This document shows, piece after piece, positions 39,199-50,212 of a stretch of DNA of 64,000 nt. The stretch's first letter is position 1. Each line of letters begins with the position of its first letter. The translations under genes were made by a program, and so were the position numbers. The notes beneath the pieces are model-generated. The model had not been told where the DNA came from and did no database searches. It saw only the letters and a list, made by a program, of their open reading frames with translations. The DNA comes from Polaribacter sp. (GTDB lineage Bacteria > Bacteroidota > Bacteroidia > Flavobacteriales > Flavobacteriaceae). The stretch covers positions 3,342-67,341 of the forward strand of contig JAOLXX010000008.1 in NCBI GenBank assembly GCA_028343155.1, read 5' to 3'.

Positions 39199-40626
39199 AT
39201 GAGCGATTACAAAAAGACTAAAATAGTTGCAACACTAGGGCCAGCAACAGACAGTAAAGAAATGTTAACAGAATTAGCAAAAGAAGGAGTAAATGTCTTC
39301 AGAATTAATTTTTCTCATGCAGATTACGACAATGTAAAAAAGACCGTAAAAACCATTAGAGAAATCAACGAAGAAAACGGCTACAACGTTGCTGTTTTAG
39401 CAGATTTACAAGGTCCGAAATTACGTGTTGGCGTAATGGAAGAAGATGTTGTTTTAAATGACGGAGACCTATTTACCTTCACAACCGATCAATGTATCGG
39501 TAACAAAGAAAGAGCCTTTATGACCTACAAGCGTTTTCCAAAAGACGTAAAAGTTGGTGAAAACATTATGGTGGATGATGGGAAGTTATTGTTTGAAGTA
39601 GTCTCTACAGATTTAGACAAATCTGTTGTTGTAAAAACAATTGTTGGGGGACCATTAAAATCTAAAAAAGGAGTAAACTTACCAAATACCGCTATTTCTT
39701 TGCCAGCTTTAACAGAAAAAGACAAAGAAGACGCTATTTTTGCGTTGGGTTTAAATGTAGACTGGATGGCACTTTCTTTTGTGAGAACACCAGAAGATTT
39801 AAAAATGCTCCGTGATTTAATTGATGATCATTCTGATTATAGAGTTCCTGTAATTGCAAAAATTGAAAAGCCAGAAGCAGTTGCAAATATGGACGCATTA
39901 ATTCCTTATTGTGATGGATTAATGGTTGCTCGTGGAGATTTAGGAGTAGAAATACCAATGCAAGATGTTCCATTAATTCAGAAAAAATTAGTAAGACGTG
40001 CAAAAAGAGCAAGAATTCCTGTAATTATTGCGACTCAAATGATGGAAACAATGATTGACAATTCTGTACCAACAAGAGCAGAAGTAAATGATGTTGCAAA
40101 TTCTATTATGGACGGTGCAGATGCAGTAATGCTTTCTGGAGAAACCTCTGTAGGAAAACACCCCGTTAGAGTTATTCAAAAAATGTCAGAAATAATCCGA
40201 GCAGTTGAAAACTCTAAGATGATTAAAGTGCCTCACGATGCACCTCATATTAGAACAGATCGATTTATAACAAAATCACTTTGTCATCATGCCGCATTAA
40301 TGGCAAATGATACAGATGCATCTGCAATTTCTACTATAACAAATAGTGGTTATACTGCGTTTCAAATTTCAGCATGGAGACCACAAGCTAAAATATTAGC
40401 ATTTTCATCAGAAAGAAGAATCTTAGGAAAACTAAATTTACTTTGGGGTGTCAAAGCTTTTTATTATGATAAAAACCTAAGTACAGATGATACTGTTGTA
40501 GATATTAATAAAATATCTAAAGAAAAAGGATTTGTAAAAGAGGGAGATTTAATGATTAATTTAACTTCTATGCCTGTAGAAGAAAAAGGAATGGTTAATA
40601 CCTTAAGAGTCTCTCCCATAGAATAA
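39199..40626 (+). CDS. pyk: Pyruvate kinase
   Basis: KTKIVATLGPA, DLQGPK, MVARGDLGVE, DAVMLSGET. Confidence 0.98.
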   Translation: MSDYKKTKIVATLGPATDSKEMLTELAKEGVNVFRINFSHADYDNVKKTVKTIREINEENGYNVAVLADLQGPKLRVGVMEEDVVLNDGDLFTFTTDQCIGNKERAFMTYKRFPKDVKVGENIMVDDGKLLFEVVSTDLDKSVVVKTIVGGPLKSKKGVNLPNTAISLPALTEKDKEDAIFALGLNVDWMALSFVRTPEDLKMLRDLIDDHSDYRVPVIAKIEKPEAVANMDALIPYCDGLMVARGDLGVEIPMQDVPLIQKKLVRRAKRARIPVIIATQMMETMIDNSVPTRAEVNDVANSIMDGADAVMLSGETSVGKHPVRVIQKMSEIIRAVENSKMIKVPHDAPHIRTDRFITKSLCHHAALMANDTDASAISTITNSGYTAFQISAWRPQAKILAFSSERRILGKLNLLWGVKAFYYDKNLSTDDTVVDINKISKEKGFVKEGDLMINLTSMPVEEKGMVNTLRVSPIE

Positions 40627-40652
40627 ACAGAAGTTATTCAATATTTTAAACG

Positions 40653-40682
40653 AAGCCAGTGAATTTATTCACTGGCTTTTTT
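40653..40682 (+). terminator. Intrinsic terminator after pyk
   Basis: AAGCCAGTGAAT-tt-ATTCACTGGCTT followed by a T run. Confidence 0.85.
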
Positions 40683-40901
40683 GGTCGTAAGTAAATTTAC
40701 GAACTGATGTCTATGAACAATTTTTCTATTGAGGGTATCAATTTATACTTTCATATTGTATTATAAATTTTAAGTATAGATATTGATAAAGGCTCTTTTC
40801 ATTGGTTGCGCCGTCTTAAAATAGCTTAAATTAACCCTACATTTTAAATTGAAAAAAAGTAAATTTGCACTTTTACAACAACACGCAAACACAACAATAC
40901 A

Positions 40902-43900
40902 ATGATTCATTTCTTTGGAAACGCAAACAGTAAGGTATTCGCTGTTCAAACTACAAAAGAATTAACTGCAAAGACAGTTTCTAAATTAACTTGGTTATTT
41001 GCAAATCAACCAAAAATAGCGGCATCTTTTCTTGAGGCTTCTTTTCTTGGACCTCGTGCTGCAATGATTACTCCTTGGAGTACAAATGCTGTTGAAATTA
41101 CCCAAAATATGGGTATTTCTGACATTATTAGAATTGAGGAATTCACAGCTATTTCTCAAGATTTTTCCGACTTTGATCCAATGATTTCTGAGAAATTTAA
41201 AGGGTTAGATCAAGATAGTTTTACAATTGAAATTCAACCAGAAGCAATTTTAGAGATTGCTGATATTGCTGAATATAACGACCAAGAAGGATTGTCTTTA
41301 AGTGACGAAGAAGTTGGGTATTTAGAAAGAGTTGCTGCTAAAATTGGAAGGAAATTAACAGATTCTGAGGTTTTTGGTTTTAGCCAAGTAAATTCAGAGC
41401 ACTGTCGACATAAAATATTTAATGGAACTTTTATTATTGATGGGGAAGAGCAAGCTACTTCCTTATTTAAAATGATAAAAGAAACAGCGAAACAATTTCC
41501 TAACGATATTGTTTCAGCCTATAAAGATAATGTTGCGTTTATCAAAGGGCCAAAAGTGGTACAGTTTGCTCCGAAAACAGCAGATAAACCCGATTTTTAT
41601 CAAACAGAAGATTTTGAATCTGTAATTTCTATAAAAGCAGAAACACACAATTTCCCAACCACTGTAGAACCTTTTAATGGAGCTGCAACAGGTTCTGGAG
41701 GAGAAATTAGAGACCGACTTGCTGGCGGAAAAGGTTCTTTACCTTTAGCAGGAACAGCGGTTTATATGACATCTTATTCTCGTTTAGAAGAAAAAAGACC
41801 TTGGGAACAAAAGTTTGAAGCAAGAGAATGGTTGTATCAAACTCCAATGGATATTTTGGTTAAAGCATCTAACGGAGCTTCAGATTTTGGAAACAAATTT
41901 GGTCAACCTTTAATAGCAGGTTCTGTGCTCACTTTTGAACACAATGAAAATTCATCGTCTAGTAGTTCAAAACCTAGAAAATTAGGCTATGATAAAGTCA
42001 TCATGCAAGCTGGTGGAATTGGATACGGAAAAGCTGACCAAGCCATAAAAGACACACCAAAAGAAGGAGATAAAATTGTGATTCTTGGTGGAGAAAACTA
42101 TAGAATAGGAATGGGTGGTGCTGCAGTTTCTTCTGCAGATACTGGAGAGTTTGCCTCAGGAATTGAGTTAAATGCAGTACAACGTTCGAATCCAGAAATG
42201 CAAAAACGTGCTGCAAATGCAGTTCGTGGAATGGTAGAAAGTGAAGAGAATTTTATTGTATCTATTCACGATCATGGAGCAGGCGGGCACTTGAATTGCT
42301 TGTCCGAATTAGTAGAAGATACTGGTGGGAAAATTGACTTAGATTCATTACCAGTAGGTGACCCTACTTTATCAGCCAAGGAAATTATTGGGAACGAATC
42401 TCAAGAAAGAATGGGGTTGGTAATTGCAGACCAATACCGAGATACTTTACAGAAAATTGCAGATCGTGAACGTTCTCCAATGTATACCGTTGGTATGGTT
42501 ACAGGAGACGATAGATTTACTTTTGAATCTAAAACAAAAGGGGATAAGCCAATGGATTTCGCTTTAGAAGATATGTTTGGCTCTTCTCCTAAAACGGTTT
42601 TAAGAGATGCAACTATTGAGAGAAAATATAAAAATTCACGATATAAAACCAAGAATTTAGAAATCTATTTAAAGCAAGTTTTACAACTTGAAGCGGTTGC
42701 TTGTAAAGATTGGTTGACAAACAAAGTAGACCGATGTGTCGGTGGTAAAGTAGCTAAACAACAATGTGTGGGGCCGCTACAAATTCCATTGAATAATGTG
42801 GGCGTAATGGCCTTAGATTATAACGGTAAAGAAGGAGTTGCAACAGCTATTGGACATGCTCCTATTGCGGCATTAATTCACCCAGAAGCGGGAAGTAGAA
42901 ATGCAATTACTGAATCTTTAACAAACATTATTTGGGCACCTCTAAAAGATGGCTTAGACTCTATCTCATTATCAGCTAATTGGATGTGGCCGTGTAAAAA
43001 TGAAGGAGAAGATGCCCGCTTATACAAAGCCGTAAAAGCGGTATCTCAATTTTCTATTGCTTTAGGTATCAATGTTCCAACTGGAAAGGATTCTTTGTCA
43101 ATGAAGCAAAAATACAGTGATGGAGAAGTCATTTCTCCAGGAACCGTTATTATTTCTGCGGCAGGAAATTGTAATGAAATAAGCAAAGTTGTTGAACCTC
43201 TTTTACATCTTGACGGAGGAAACATCTATTATATAAATATATCCCAAGATGCATATAAATTAGGAGGAAGTTCATTTAACCAATCCTTAAATGCAATTGG
43301 AAATGAAACGCCTGACGTTAAAAATGCAGCGTTTGTGAAAAACACATTTAATACCCTTCAAAAATTAATTAAAGGAGATAAAATCACAGCAGGACACGAT
43401 GTTGCTTCTGGTGGATTAATTACAACGTTGTTAGAAATGTGTTTTGCAACAACAAATTTAGGTGCAAATTTTGACATTTCTTCACTTCATGAAGAAGATT
43501 CTATCAAAGTACTATTTGCCGAAAATTCAGGAATTGTTTTTCAAGCAGATGCTTCTGTTGAAGAAATTTTATCAGAAAATAATGTTGAATTTTTCAATAT
43601 CGGAACACCCAATAATTCAGGAATAGTAAATATTAAAAATAAGGAAGAAAACTTCTCTCTTGATGTAGCCGAAATGAGAGACGTTTGGTACAAAACTTCT
43701 TTCCTATTGGATCAAAAACAAACAGCGAATAATCTAGCCCAAGCTCGTTTTGATAATTATAAAAAACAGCCCTTAACTTATAAATTTCCTAAGAATTTTA
43801 CCGGGAAACTACCTGTTATTTCGAAGGCGGATAAGCAATCTCGTCCAAAAGCAGCAATTATCAGAGAAAAAGGATCCAATTCTGAGCGTGAAATGGCAAA

Positions 43901-44588
43901 TGCAATGTATTTAGCTGGTTTTGATGTGAAAGATGTACACATGACCGATTTAATTTCTGGTCGTGAAACTCTAGAAGATATTCAGTTTATTGGTGCTGTA
44001 GGAGGATTTTCAAACAGTGATGTATTAGGTTCTGCAAAAGGTTGGGCAGGAGCATTTAAATACAATGCAAAAGCTAAGAAATCATTAAAAGACTTCTTTA
44101 AAAGAGAAGATACGTTGTCTGTTGGTATTTGTAACGGTGCACAATTATGGATGGAATTAGAGCTCATTAACCCAAAACATAAAGTACACGGTAAATTAGT
44201 TCATAATGATTCTAAAAAACACGAAAGTTCTTTTACTTCTGTAAAAATTCAAGAAAATAATTCAGTAATGTTAGCCAGTTTAGCTGGAACAGAATTAGGT
44301 GTTTGGATTTCTCACGGAGAAGGTAAATTTAATTTGCCAGAAGTGGAAGAGAACTACCATATTGTTGCAAAATACGGGTATGAAGGGTATCCTAATAATC
44401 CAAATGGTTCCGACTTTAACACCGCCATGATGTGTGATGAATCAGGACGTCATTTAGTAACGATGCCACACATAGAACGTTCTACTTTTCAATGGAACTG
44501 GGCAAATTATCCAGGAGGAAGAAAAGACGAAGTTTCTCCTTGGTTAGAAGCTTTTGTAAACGCAAAACAGTGGATCGTAAATAAATAA
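40902..44588 (+). CDS. purL: Phosphoribosylformylglycinamidine synthase (large, fused type)
   Basis: NSEHCRHKIF, KAETHNFPT, GGEIRD, glutaminase GICNG, MPHIER. Confidence 0.97.
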   Translation: MIHFFGNANSKVFAVQTTKELTAKTVSKLTWLFANQPKIAASFLEASFLGPRAAMITPWSTNAVEITQNMGISDIIRIEEFTAISQDFSDFDPMISEKFKGLDQDSFTIEIQPEAILEIADIAEYNDQEGLSLSDEEVGYLERVAAKIGRKLTDSEVFGFSQVNSEHCRHKIFNGTFIIDGEEQATSLFKMIKETAKQFPNDIVSAYKDNVAFIKGPKVVQFAPKTADKPDFYQTEDFESVISIKAETHNFPTTVEPFNGAATGSGGEIRDRLAGGKGSLPLAGTAVYMTSYSRLEEKRPWEQKFEAREWLYQTPMDILVKASNGASDFGNKFGQPLIAGSVLTFEHNENSSSSSSKPRKLGYDKVIMQAGGIGYGKADQAIKDTPKEGDKIVILGGENYRIGMGGAAVSSADTGEFASGIELNAVQRSNPEMQKRAANAVRGMVESEENFIVSIHDHGAGGHLNCLSELVEDTGGKIDLDSLPVGDPTLSAKEIIGNESQERMGLVIADQYRDTLQKIADRERSPMYTVGMVTGDDRFTFESKTKGDKPMDFALEDMFGSSPKTVLRDATIERKYKNSRYKTKNLEIYLKQVLQLEAVACKDWLTNKVDRCVGGKVAKQQCVGPLQIPLNNVGVMALDYNGKEGVATAIGHAPIAALIHPEAGSRNAITESLTNIIWAPLKDGLDSISLSANWMWPCKNEGEDARLYKAVKAVSQFSIALGINVPTGKDSLSMKQKYSDGEVISPGTVIISAAGNCNEISKVVEPLLHLDGGNIYYINISQDAYKLGGSSFNQSLNAIGNETPDVKNAAFVKNTFNTLQKLIKGDKITAGHDVASGGLITTLLEMCFATTNLGANFDISSLHEEDSIKVLFAENSGIVFQADASVEEILSENNVEFFNIGTPNNSGIVNIKNKEENFSLDVAEMRDVWYKTSFLLDQKQTANNLAQARFDNYKKQPLTYKFPKNFTGKLPVISKADKQSRPKAAIIREKGSNSEREMANAMYLAGFDVKDVHMTDLISGRETLEDIQFIGAVGGFSNSDVLGSAKGWAGAFKYNAKAKKSLKDFFKREDTLSVGICNGAQLWMELELINPKHKVHGKLVHNDSKKHESSFTSVKIQENNSVMLASLAGTELGVWISHGEGKFNLPEVEENYHIVAKYGYEGYPNNPNGSDFNTAMMCDESGRHLVTMPHIERSTFQWNWANYPGGRKDEVSPWLEAFVNAKQWIVNK

Positions 44589-44607
44589 GTACACATATTA
44601 TTTTAAT

Positions 44608-44644
44608 AAAAACAGCTTTTAGAGAACTCTAAAAGCTGTTTTTT
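44608..44644 (+). terminator. Intrinsic terminator after purL
   Basis: AAAAACAGCTTTTAGAG-aa-CTCTAAAAGCTGTTTTT. Confidence 0.85.
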
Positions 44645-44925
44645 GTTGTTTAAGTGTCTGTAAATAGGTTACTTATATTTTTAGTAAGCGGTCTTTTTTT
44701 TGCGTTAAAATTAAAATTTCACAGAATAAGGTTGGAAGTATTTAAATCACCCATGAAGCAATAAGAATAGAAAAGTACTATCATACAAAAATTAAAATCT
44801 TACTTAAAGTTGAAAGAATACGTTAAAAGAAATTAATTTATCATAATAAGGGGCTCCTCATCTTGTAACAAGGATTTGTCAAATCAATGAAATTTACCTA
44901 ATTTGCCTACTTCAAATGAATATAT

Positions 44926-46701
44926 ATGGCAACTGAAGTTACAAGATTATTTGATTTCCCCTACTACCAATTAGAAACCTATGATCTAAAAGATGCATTT
45001 ACCTCGAAAGCGAGCGGTGAATGGGAAGTCATAACGACCCAACAATACATAGATCAAGCCAATCAAATTAGTAGAGGATTGATTAAATTAGGTGTAAAGG
45101 CCAATGATAAAATTGCCGTAATTTCTTCTACCAATAGGACAGAATGGAATATCTTAGATATTGGAGTTTTACAAATAGGGGCACAAAACGTTCCTATTTA
45201 CCCAACGATTAGCAAAGAAGATTATGAGTATGTATTAAATCATTCTGAAGCTATTTATTGTTTTGTTTCTGATGAGGAAGTGCTACAGAAAATTAATAAA
45301 ATTAAAGACAAAACCAACCTAAAAGAGGTCTATACTTTCGATGATATTGAAGGAGAAAAGAATTGGAATGAAATCCGAACACTTGGAAAAGATGAAAGCA
45401 GTCAACACCTTGTTGAAGAGCTAAAAGACAATGTAAAAGAGACCGATTTAGCAACCTTGATTTATACCTCTGGAACAACAGGAAAACCAAAAGGTGTTAT
45501 GTTGTCGCATAAAAATGTTGTATCCAATGTTTTAAGTGCTGTAAAAAGAGTTCCATTAGATTATGGTAATTCTAAAGCGCTTAGTTTCCTACCTATTTGC
45601 CATATTTTTGAACGTATAATTTTATATTTATATCAATATTGTGGTGTTTCTATTTATTTCGCTGAATCTATAGAAAAGCTTTCCGAAAATGCGCAAGAAA
45701 TAAAACCACAAGTTATGACGGCAGTTCCGCGTTTGTACGAAAAAATCTATGATAAAATTATTTTGAAAGGAGAAGCCTTAACGGGTATTAAAAAAACATT
45801 GTTTTTTTGGGCTGTAAATTTAGGTTTAAGATATGAACCCAACGGAGCAAACGGTTGGTGGTATGAAAAACAATTAGGATTGGCTAGAAAATTAATTTTT
45901 GCTAAATGGCAAGCTGCCTTGGGAGGCAAATTAAAATTAATGGTCTCTGGAAGTGCCGCTTTACAGCCAAGGTTGGTAAGAGTTTTTACGGCCGCAGGAA
46001 TGCCAATTATGGAAGGTTATGGTTTGACAGAAACCTCTCCTGTTGTCTCTGTGGGCGATCAAAGGAACAAGGGGTTTAAAGTAGGTACCGTAGGTAAAGT
46101 CATTGATGGTGTTGAAGTGAAAATAGCAGAGACTGGCGAAATTTTAGTAAAGGGACCTAACGTAATGATGGGTTATTATAAAGATCCGGAAAAAACGGCA
46201 AGCGTTATCAAAGGAGGTTATTTTTATACGGGAGATAAAGGAGAAATTGATGGAGAAGGTTTCTTGAAAATTACTGGTAGAACCAAAGAAATGTTTAAAA
46301 CTTCTGGAGGTAAATATGTGGTTCCGACTTTGTTAGAAGGAGAATTAAAACAATCTTTATTTATTGAACAAGTTATGGTTGTTGGTGAGGGTGAGAAGAT
46401 GCCTGCAGCGATTCTTCAACCCAATTTTGACTTTATAAAAGAATGGATTAAGCATAAACAATTAAATACTGGAGATGCTAACGAACAAATCATTTGTGAT
46501 GAAAGAATTATAAAAAGGATTCAAGAAGAGGTTGACAAATGCAATAAAAGCTTTGCCAAATGGGAACAGATTAAACGTTTTGAACTCACGCCAGATATTT
46601 GGTCTATTGAAGGTAGTCACTTAACACCTACAATGAAAATGAAACGTGTTGTTATTAAAGAAATTTACAAAGATTTATACGATAAAATTTATAGGGATTA
46701 G
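44926..46701 (+). CDS. Long-chain fatty acid-CoA ligase
   Basis: YTSGTTGKPKG, EGYGLTETSP, TGD.G, LTPTMKMKR. Confidence 0.93.
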   Translation: MATEVTRLFDFPYYQLETYDLKDAFTSKASGEWEVITTQQYIDQANQISRGLIKLGVKANDKIAVISSTNRTEWNILDIGVLQIGAQNVPIYPTISKEDYEYVLNHSEAIYCFVSDEEVLQKINKIKDKTNLKEVYTFDDIEGEKNWNEIRTLGKDESSQHLVEELKDNVKETDLATLIYTSGTTGKPKGVMLSHKNVVSNVLSAVKRVPLDYGNSKALSFLPICHIFERIILYLYQYCGVSIYFAESIEKLSENAQEIKPQVMTAVPRLYEKIYDKIILKGEALTGIKKTLFFWAVNLGLRYEPNGANGWWYEKQLGLARKLIFAKWQAALGGKLKLMVSGSAALQPRLVRVFTAAGMPIMEGYGLTETSPVVSVGDQRNKGFKVGTVGKVIDGVEVKIAETGEILVKGPNVMMGYYKDPEKTASVIKGGYFYTGDKGEIDGEGFLKITGRTKEMFKTSGGKYVVPTLLEGELKQSLFIEQVMVVGEGEKMPAAILQPNFDFIKEWIKHKQLNTGDANEQIICDERIIKRIQEEVDKCNKSFAKWEQIKRFELTPDIWSIEGSHLTPTMKMKRVVIKEIYKDLYDKIYRD

Positions 46702-46858
46702 CATCTGTTTTTTAAAATAAAAGATAAAAAAATTGAGACTATTTTATGCCTCAAAAAAGGGATCCTACTTCGAATGAAACGAAGAATAAATAAATTTATA
46801 TTTTAACATCTTTAAAAGTTAAAGAAAAATGAGTAAATTTAATTTTATAAAATAAATT

Positions 46859-47326
46859 ATGGGTATTAAAAGTTTTCAAGGAAAAAGAGATACAACTCAG
46901 GGAAAAGAAGAAACACACATTTTAGTGGCTGATTATATGACAAAAAAGCTGATAACTTTTAAAGCTGAAGATCGCTTATATCATGTAATAAACCAATTAA
47001 TTGCCCATAAAATTTCTGGAGGACCCGTTGTAAATGATAAAAATGAATTAATTGGGATAATCTCAGAAACAGATTGTATTAAACATATTTCAGAGAGTAA
47101 ATATTATAATATGCCTTCTGATACAAACAATACTGTTGGAAAATATATGGTTACAGATGTTGATACTATTGATAAAAACATGAATATTTTTGATGCGGCT
47201 TTCAAGTTTATTAGTTCACGTAGAAGAAGATTTCCTGTTGTTGAAAACGGAAAATTAATTGGTCAATTAAGTCAAAAAGATGTTTTAAAAGCGGCCATTA
47301 GCGTGAAAGGAAATACTTGGAAGTAA
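46859..47326 (+). CDS. CBS-domain protein
   Basis: V.DYMT..., ISGGPVV..LIGIISETD, RRFPVV..LIGQLSQKD. Confidence 0.9.
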   Translation: MGIKSFQGKRDTTQGKEETHILVADYMTKKLITFKAEDRLYHVINQLIAHKISGGPVVNDKNELIGIISETDCIKHISESKYYNMPSDTNNTVGKYMVTDVDTIDKNMNIFDAAFKFISSRRRRFPVVENGKLIGQLSQKDVLKAAISVKGNTWK

Positions 47327-47428
47327 TTTTTTTTTAAAACCCTGTTATTATGAAAACTGAAAAATAAGGATCTAAACGGTTTAATTGAAATTAAGATAAA
47401 ATTTTAGAGTGATGAAAAGAGTCTATAA

Positions 47429-47457
47429 AAAATGCATCCAAAATTTGGATGCATTTT
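47429..47457. terminator. Bidirectional terminator between the CBS gene and ppc
   Basis: AAAATGCATCCAAA-a-TTTGGATGCATTTT. Confidence 0.75.
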
Positions 47458-47484
47458 AACTTTTAATGATGTTTTGAGAAGGTT

Positions 47485-50064
47485 TTAAGCAGAATTTCTA
47501 CTCGCATTAATGTTCCCAAATAAAGATCGCATGACCATTTTTTCATACACTTTTATCTCTTCAGCATTTCCTTTCGACTTTTGAAGCTCTTGAATTTTCT
47601 TCAAAGCAAACTGCTGTATCGTTAATAAAGGCATCACAATTTGTTCTCTTACTTCAATAGAAGCTTTTCCTACGGGAAAATTTTCCATTAATTCTTTATG
47701 TCCTGTAAGCTTTAAAAGTAACCTTTTCGTTGTTTCGTATTCCGTAAAAATCAATTTCCAAAAGGCTCCAAATTCTTCATCATCTGCCATGTATGAAGTT
47801 AAGCCAAAGAAAGATTTTGTCAAACTCATCATAGAGTTTTCTAACAGTGTTCTAAAGAAATCTGAAGCGCTGTAAAATTCAATAATTTCATCAAATCTTC
47901 CGGCATCTTCATATTTTTTTAAAGCTGTACCAACTCCAAAGAAACCAGGTACGTTTTGTTTTAGCTGACTCCAACTTCCGACGAAAGGGATTGCTCTGAG
48001 TGCAGAAAAATCTAACGTATCAGAATTAGAACGCTTACTTGGTCTACTTCCAATATTAGTTTTTGCATAGTATTTTAACGTACTCATTTTTTCTAAATAC
48101 GGTAAAAACTTGGGATGATTCTTAAAATCTACATAAGTTTGGTAACTAGTAGTTGCCATGTCATTAATTAATTTTCTATGGTCATCATTTAGTTGATCCT
48201 TGGTAAAAACTTCATTTTTAATCCCAGAACTTACCAATTGTTCTAAGTTAAATTGAGAAGAATTTTCAGTACCAAAATTTGAACTAATCGTTTGTCCCTG
48301 AATCGTTAACTGAATTTCTTTGTCTTCTATTGTTGGTCCTAAAGAAGCATAAAACTGATGTGTTTTTCCTCCTCCACGAGCAGGGGGTCCTCCTCGTCCA
48401 TCAAAGAAAATTACTTCAATATCAAACTCTCTAGAAATTCTTGTCAAGGCTTCTTTCGCCTTGAAAATTCCCCAATTTGCCATTAAATAACCCCCATCTT
48501 TTGTTCCGTCAGAGAAACCAAGCATAATGGTTTGTTTGTTTTTTCTTTTCGATACATGATGTCTATAAACGTTGTTTGAATATAACGTTCTCATAACATC
48601 TTCTGCATTTTCCAAATCTTCTACAGTTTCAAAAAGAGGAACGACATCAACAGTTAAATCATTTTCAAAACCACATAGGTTTAACATTGCAAATGTTTCC
48701 ATAACATGCAAAGCCGTTTGGTTGTTACTAATAATGTAACGATTTGCTCCACGTTCTCCGTTTCTATGTTGAATTTCTTTCAATGCATAAATAGATTCTA
48801 TGGTCTTAACCGAGATTTCATCAGTTAAAATACTTGGATCAATTTTTCCTTTTACAAGAGATAAAATAGCAATTTTTTCTTTTTCGGATAGGTTAAAATA
48901 ATTTTCAGGAAAAGTGGTGTCGCCTATTTTTTGTAAGTCTTCCAAGATTTGCTCAAACGCATGGTGATGTACTCTACTATCTTGTCTAATATCTAATGTT
49001 GCAAAATGGAAACCAAAAATTCTTACTTTATTGATAACATCATTCAATTCCTCAATAAACAAAGATTGATGCTCATTCACAACAATTTCTCTTGCAGCAT
49101 ACAACTCTTCTAAAAGAATTTTTTGAGAAAAGTTAATTTCAACATAACTCCTAACGACGTGCTTATAAAGTCTTTTTTCTACTCTGGCTAAAATCTCTTG
49201 AACGCCATCAAAAGTGAAACGTCTTTTCAACCTTTTTACATCTTTATAATAGCTTTTTAAAATTGTCTGACGTAACTTCTCTGCAACATCTAAGGTGATT
49301 TTAGTTGTTACAAATGGGTTTCCATCTCTATCTCCACCGGGCCAAAAACCAAGATCGATAATTTCGTTTTCAATAGGTTCGCCATCATATATATGATGTT
49401 GAATATAATTGTAAATTTTAGGGATAGAATGGTAAAATACATTTTCTAAATACCAAATTAAACTCACCGCTTCATCAAAAGGTGTTGGCTTTTCTTTTTT
49501 ATAGAAAGGGGTTTTTCCTAATTGAGACAATAACTTTCTGATTAATAATAAATCATCATTTTGTATTGCCTTATCTAGATCTGTAATAATCCCTAAAACA
49601 GACCCAGGGTAAAACTGAGTTGGGTGGGCAGTTAATACGATACGAACTTTAAAATCTTCTAAATGCGCCTTCAACTCATCTTTTTTATTACTAAGAAATG
49701 CAGCTTCTTTAGAATTTCTAAGTGTTCCAAGTCCGTCCATATTATTCACGACTGGGTATGCAGCATCTTCAATAGCATCGAACAAAACCACTTGGCGTTC
49801 TATAAATTGAATAAAACGAAAAAGCAAATCTGTTTTTTCTTTTTCGGTAGGCTCTTCTTGATATTTTTTAAAGAAATGATTTATGATTTGTGTAGGGTCT
49901 TTTTCTAAATTAAAACCTTTTTTACAAACTTTATGTAATAGGGGTAATAAAACTCCTGTATCATCTATCGTGTCAAAAGGAAGCGTTGTGAAAATACTGT
50001 TATAAATTTGGTATTTAGACAGTACATTTTCACTAAATCTTTCTAGTTTGGGTAAGTTTTTCAT
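47485..50064 (-). CDS. ppc: Phosphoenolpyruvate carboxylase
   Basis: VLTAHPT, GGDRDGNP, MLGFSDGTKDGG, GRGG..ARGG, LRAIPFV, RNSA. Confidence 0.96.
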   Translation of the reverse strand: MKNLPKLERFSENVLSKYQIYNSIFTTLPFDTIDDTGVLLPLLHKVCKKGFNLEKDPTQIINHFFKKYQEEPTEKEKTDLLFRFIQFIERQVVLFDAIEDAAYPVVNNMDGLGTLRNSKEAAFLSNKKDELKAHLEDFKVRIVLTAHPTQFYPGSVLGIITDLDKAIQNDDLLLIRKLLSQLGKTPFYKKEKPTPFDEAVSLIWYLENVFYHSIPKIYNYIQHHIYDGEPIENEIIDLGFWPGGDRDGNPFVTTKITLDVAEKLRQTILKSYYKDVKRLKRRFTFDGVQEILARVEKRLYKHVVRSYVEINFSQKILLEELYAAREIVVNEHQSLFIEELNDVINKVRIFGFHFATLDIRQDSRVHHHAFEQILEDLQKIGDTTFPENYFNLSEKEKIAILSLVKGKIDPSILTDEISVKTIESIYALKEIQHRNGERGANRYIISNNQTALHVMETFAMLNLCGFENDLTVDVVPLFETVEDLENAEDVMRTLYSNNVYRHHVSKRKNKQTIMLGFSDGTKDGGYLMANWGIFKAKEALTRISREFDIEVIFFDGRGGPPARGGGKTHQFYASLGPTIEDKEIQLTIQGQTISSNFGTENSSQFNLEQLVSSGIKNEVFTKDQLNDDHRKLINDMATTSYQTYVDFKNHPKFLPYLEKMSTLKYYAKTNIGSRPSKRSNSDTLDFSALRAIPFVGSWSQLKQNVPGFFGVGTALKKYEDAGRFDEIIEFYSASDFFRTLLENSMMSLTKSFFGLTSYMADDEEFGAFWKLIFTEYETTKRLLLKLTGHKELMENFPVGKASIEVREQIVMPLLTIQQFALKKIQELQKSKGNAEEIKVYEKMVMRSLFGNINASRNSA

Positions 50065-50212
50065 TTGTTATACTTTTTACAGATTTTAAAATTACGAATA
50101 ATTTAAAATATAAAACCTTAATTATTCTTAATAATAAACTGTTTTTTTATGAATACAGCATTAATACCTGATTATTTTGCCAAATAACCATTTTCTGTTG
50201 TATTATTTAAAT

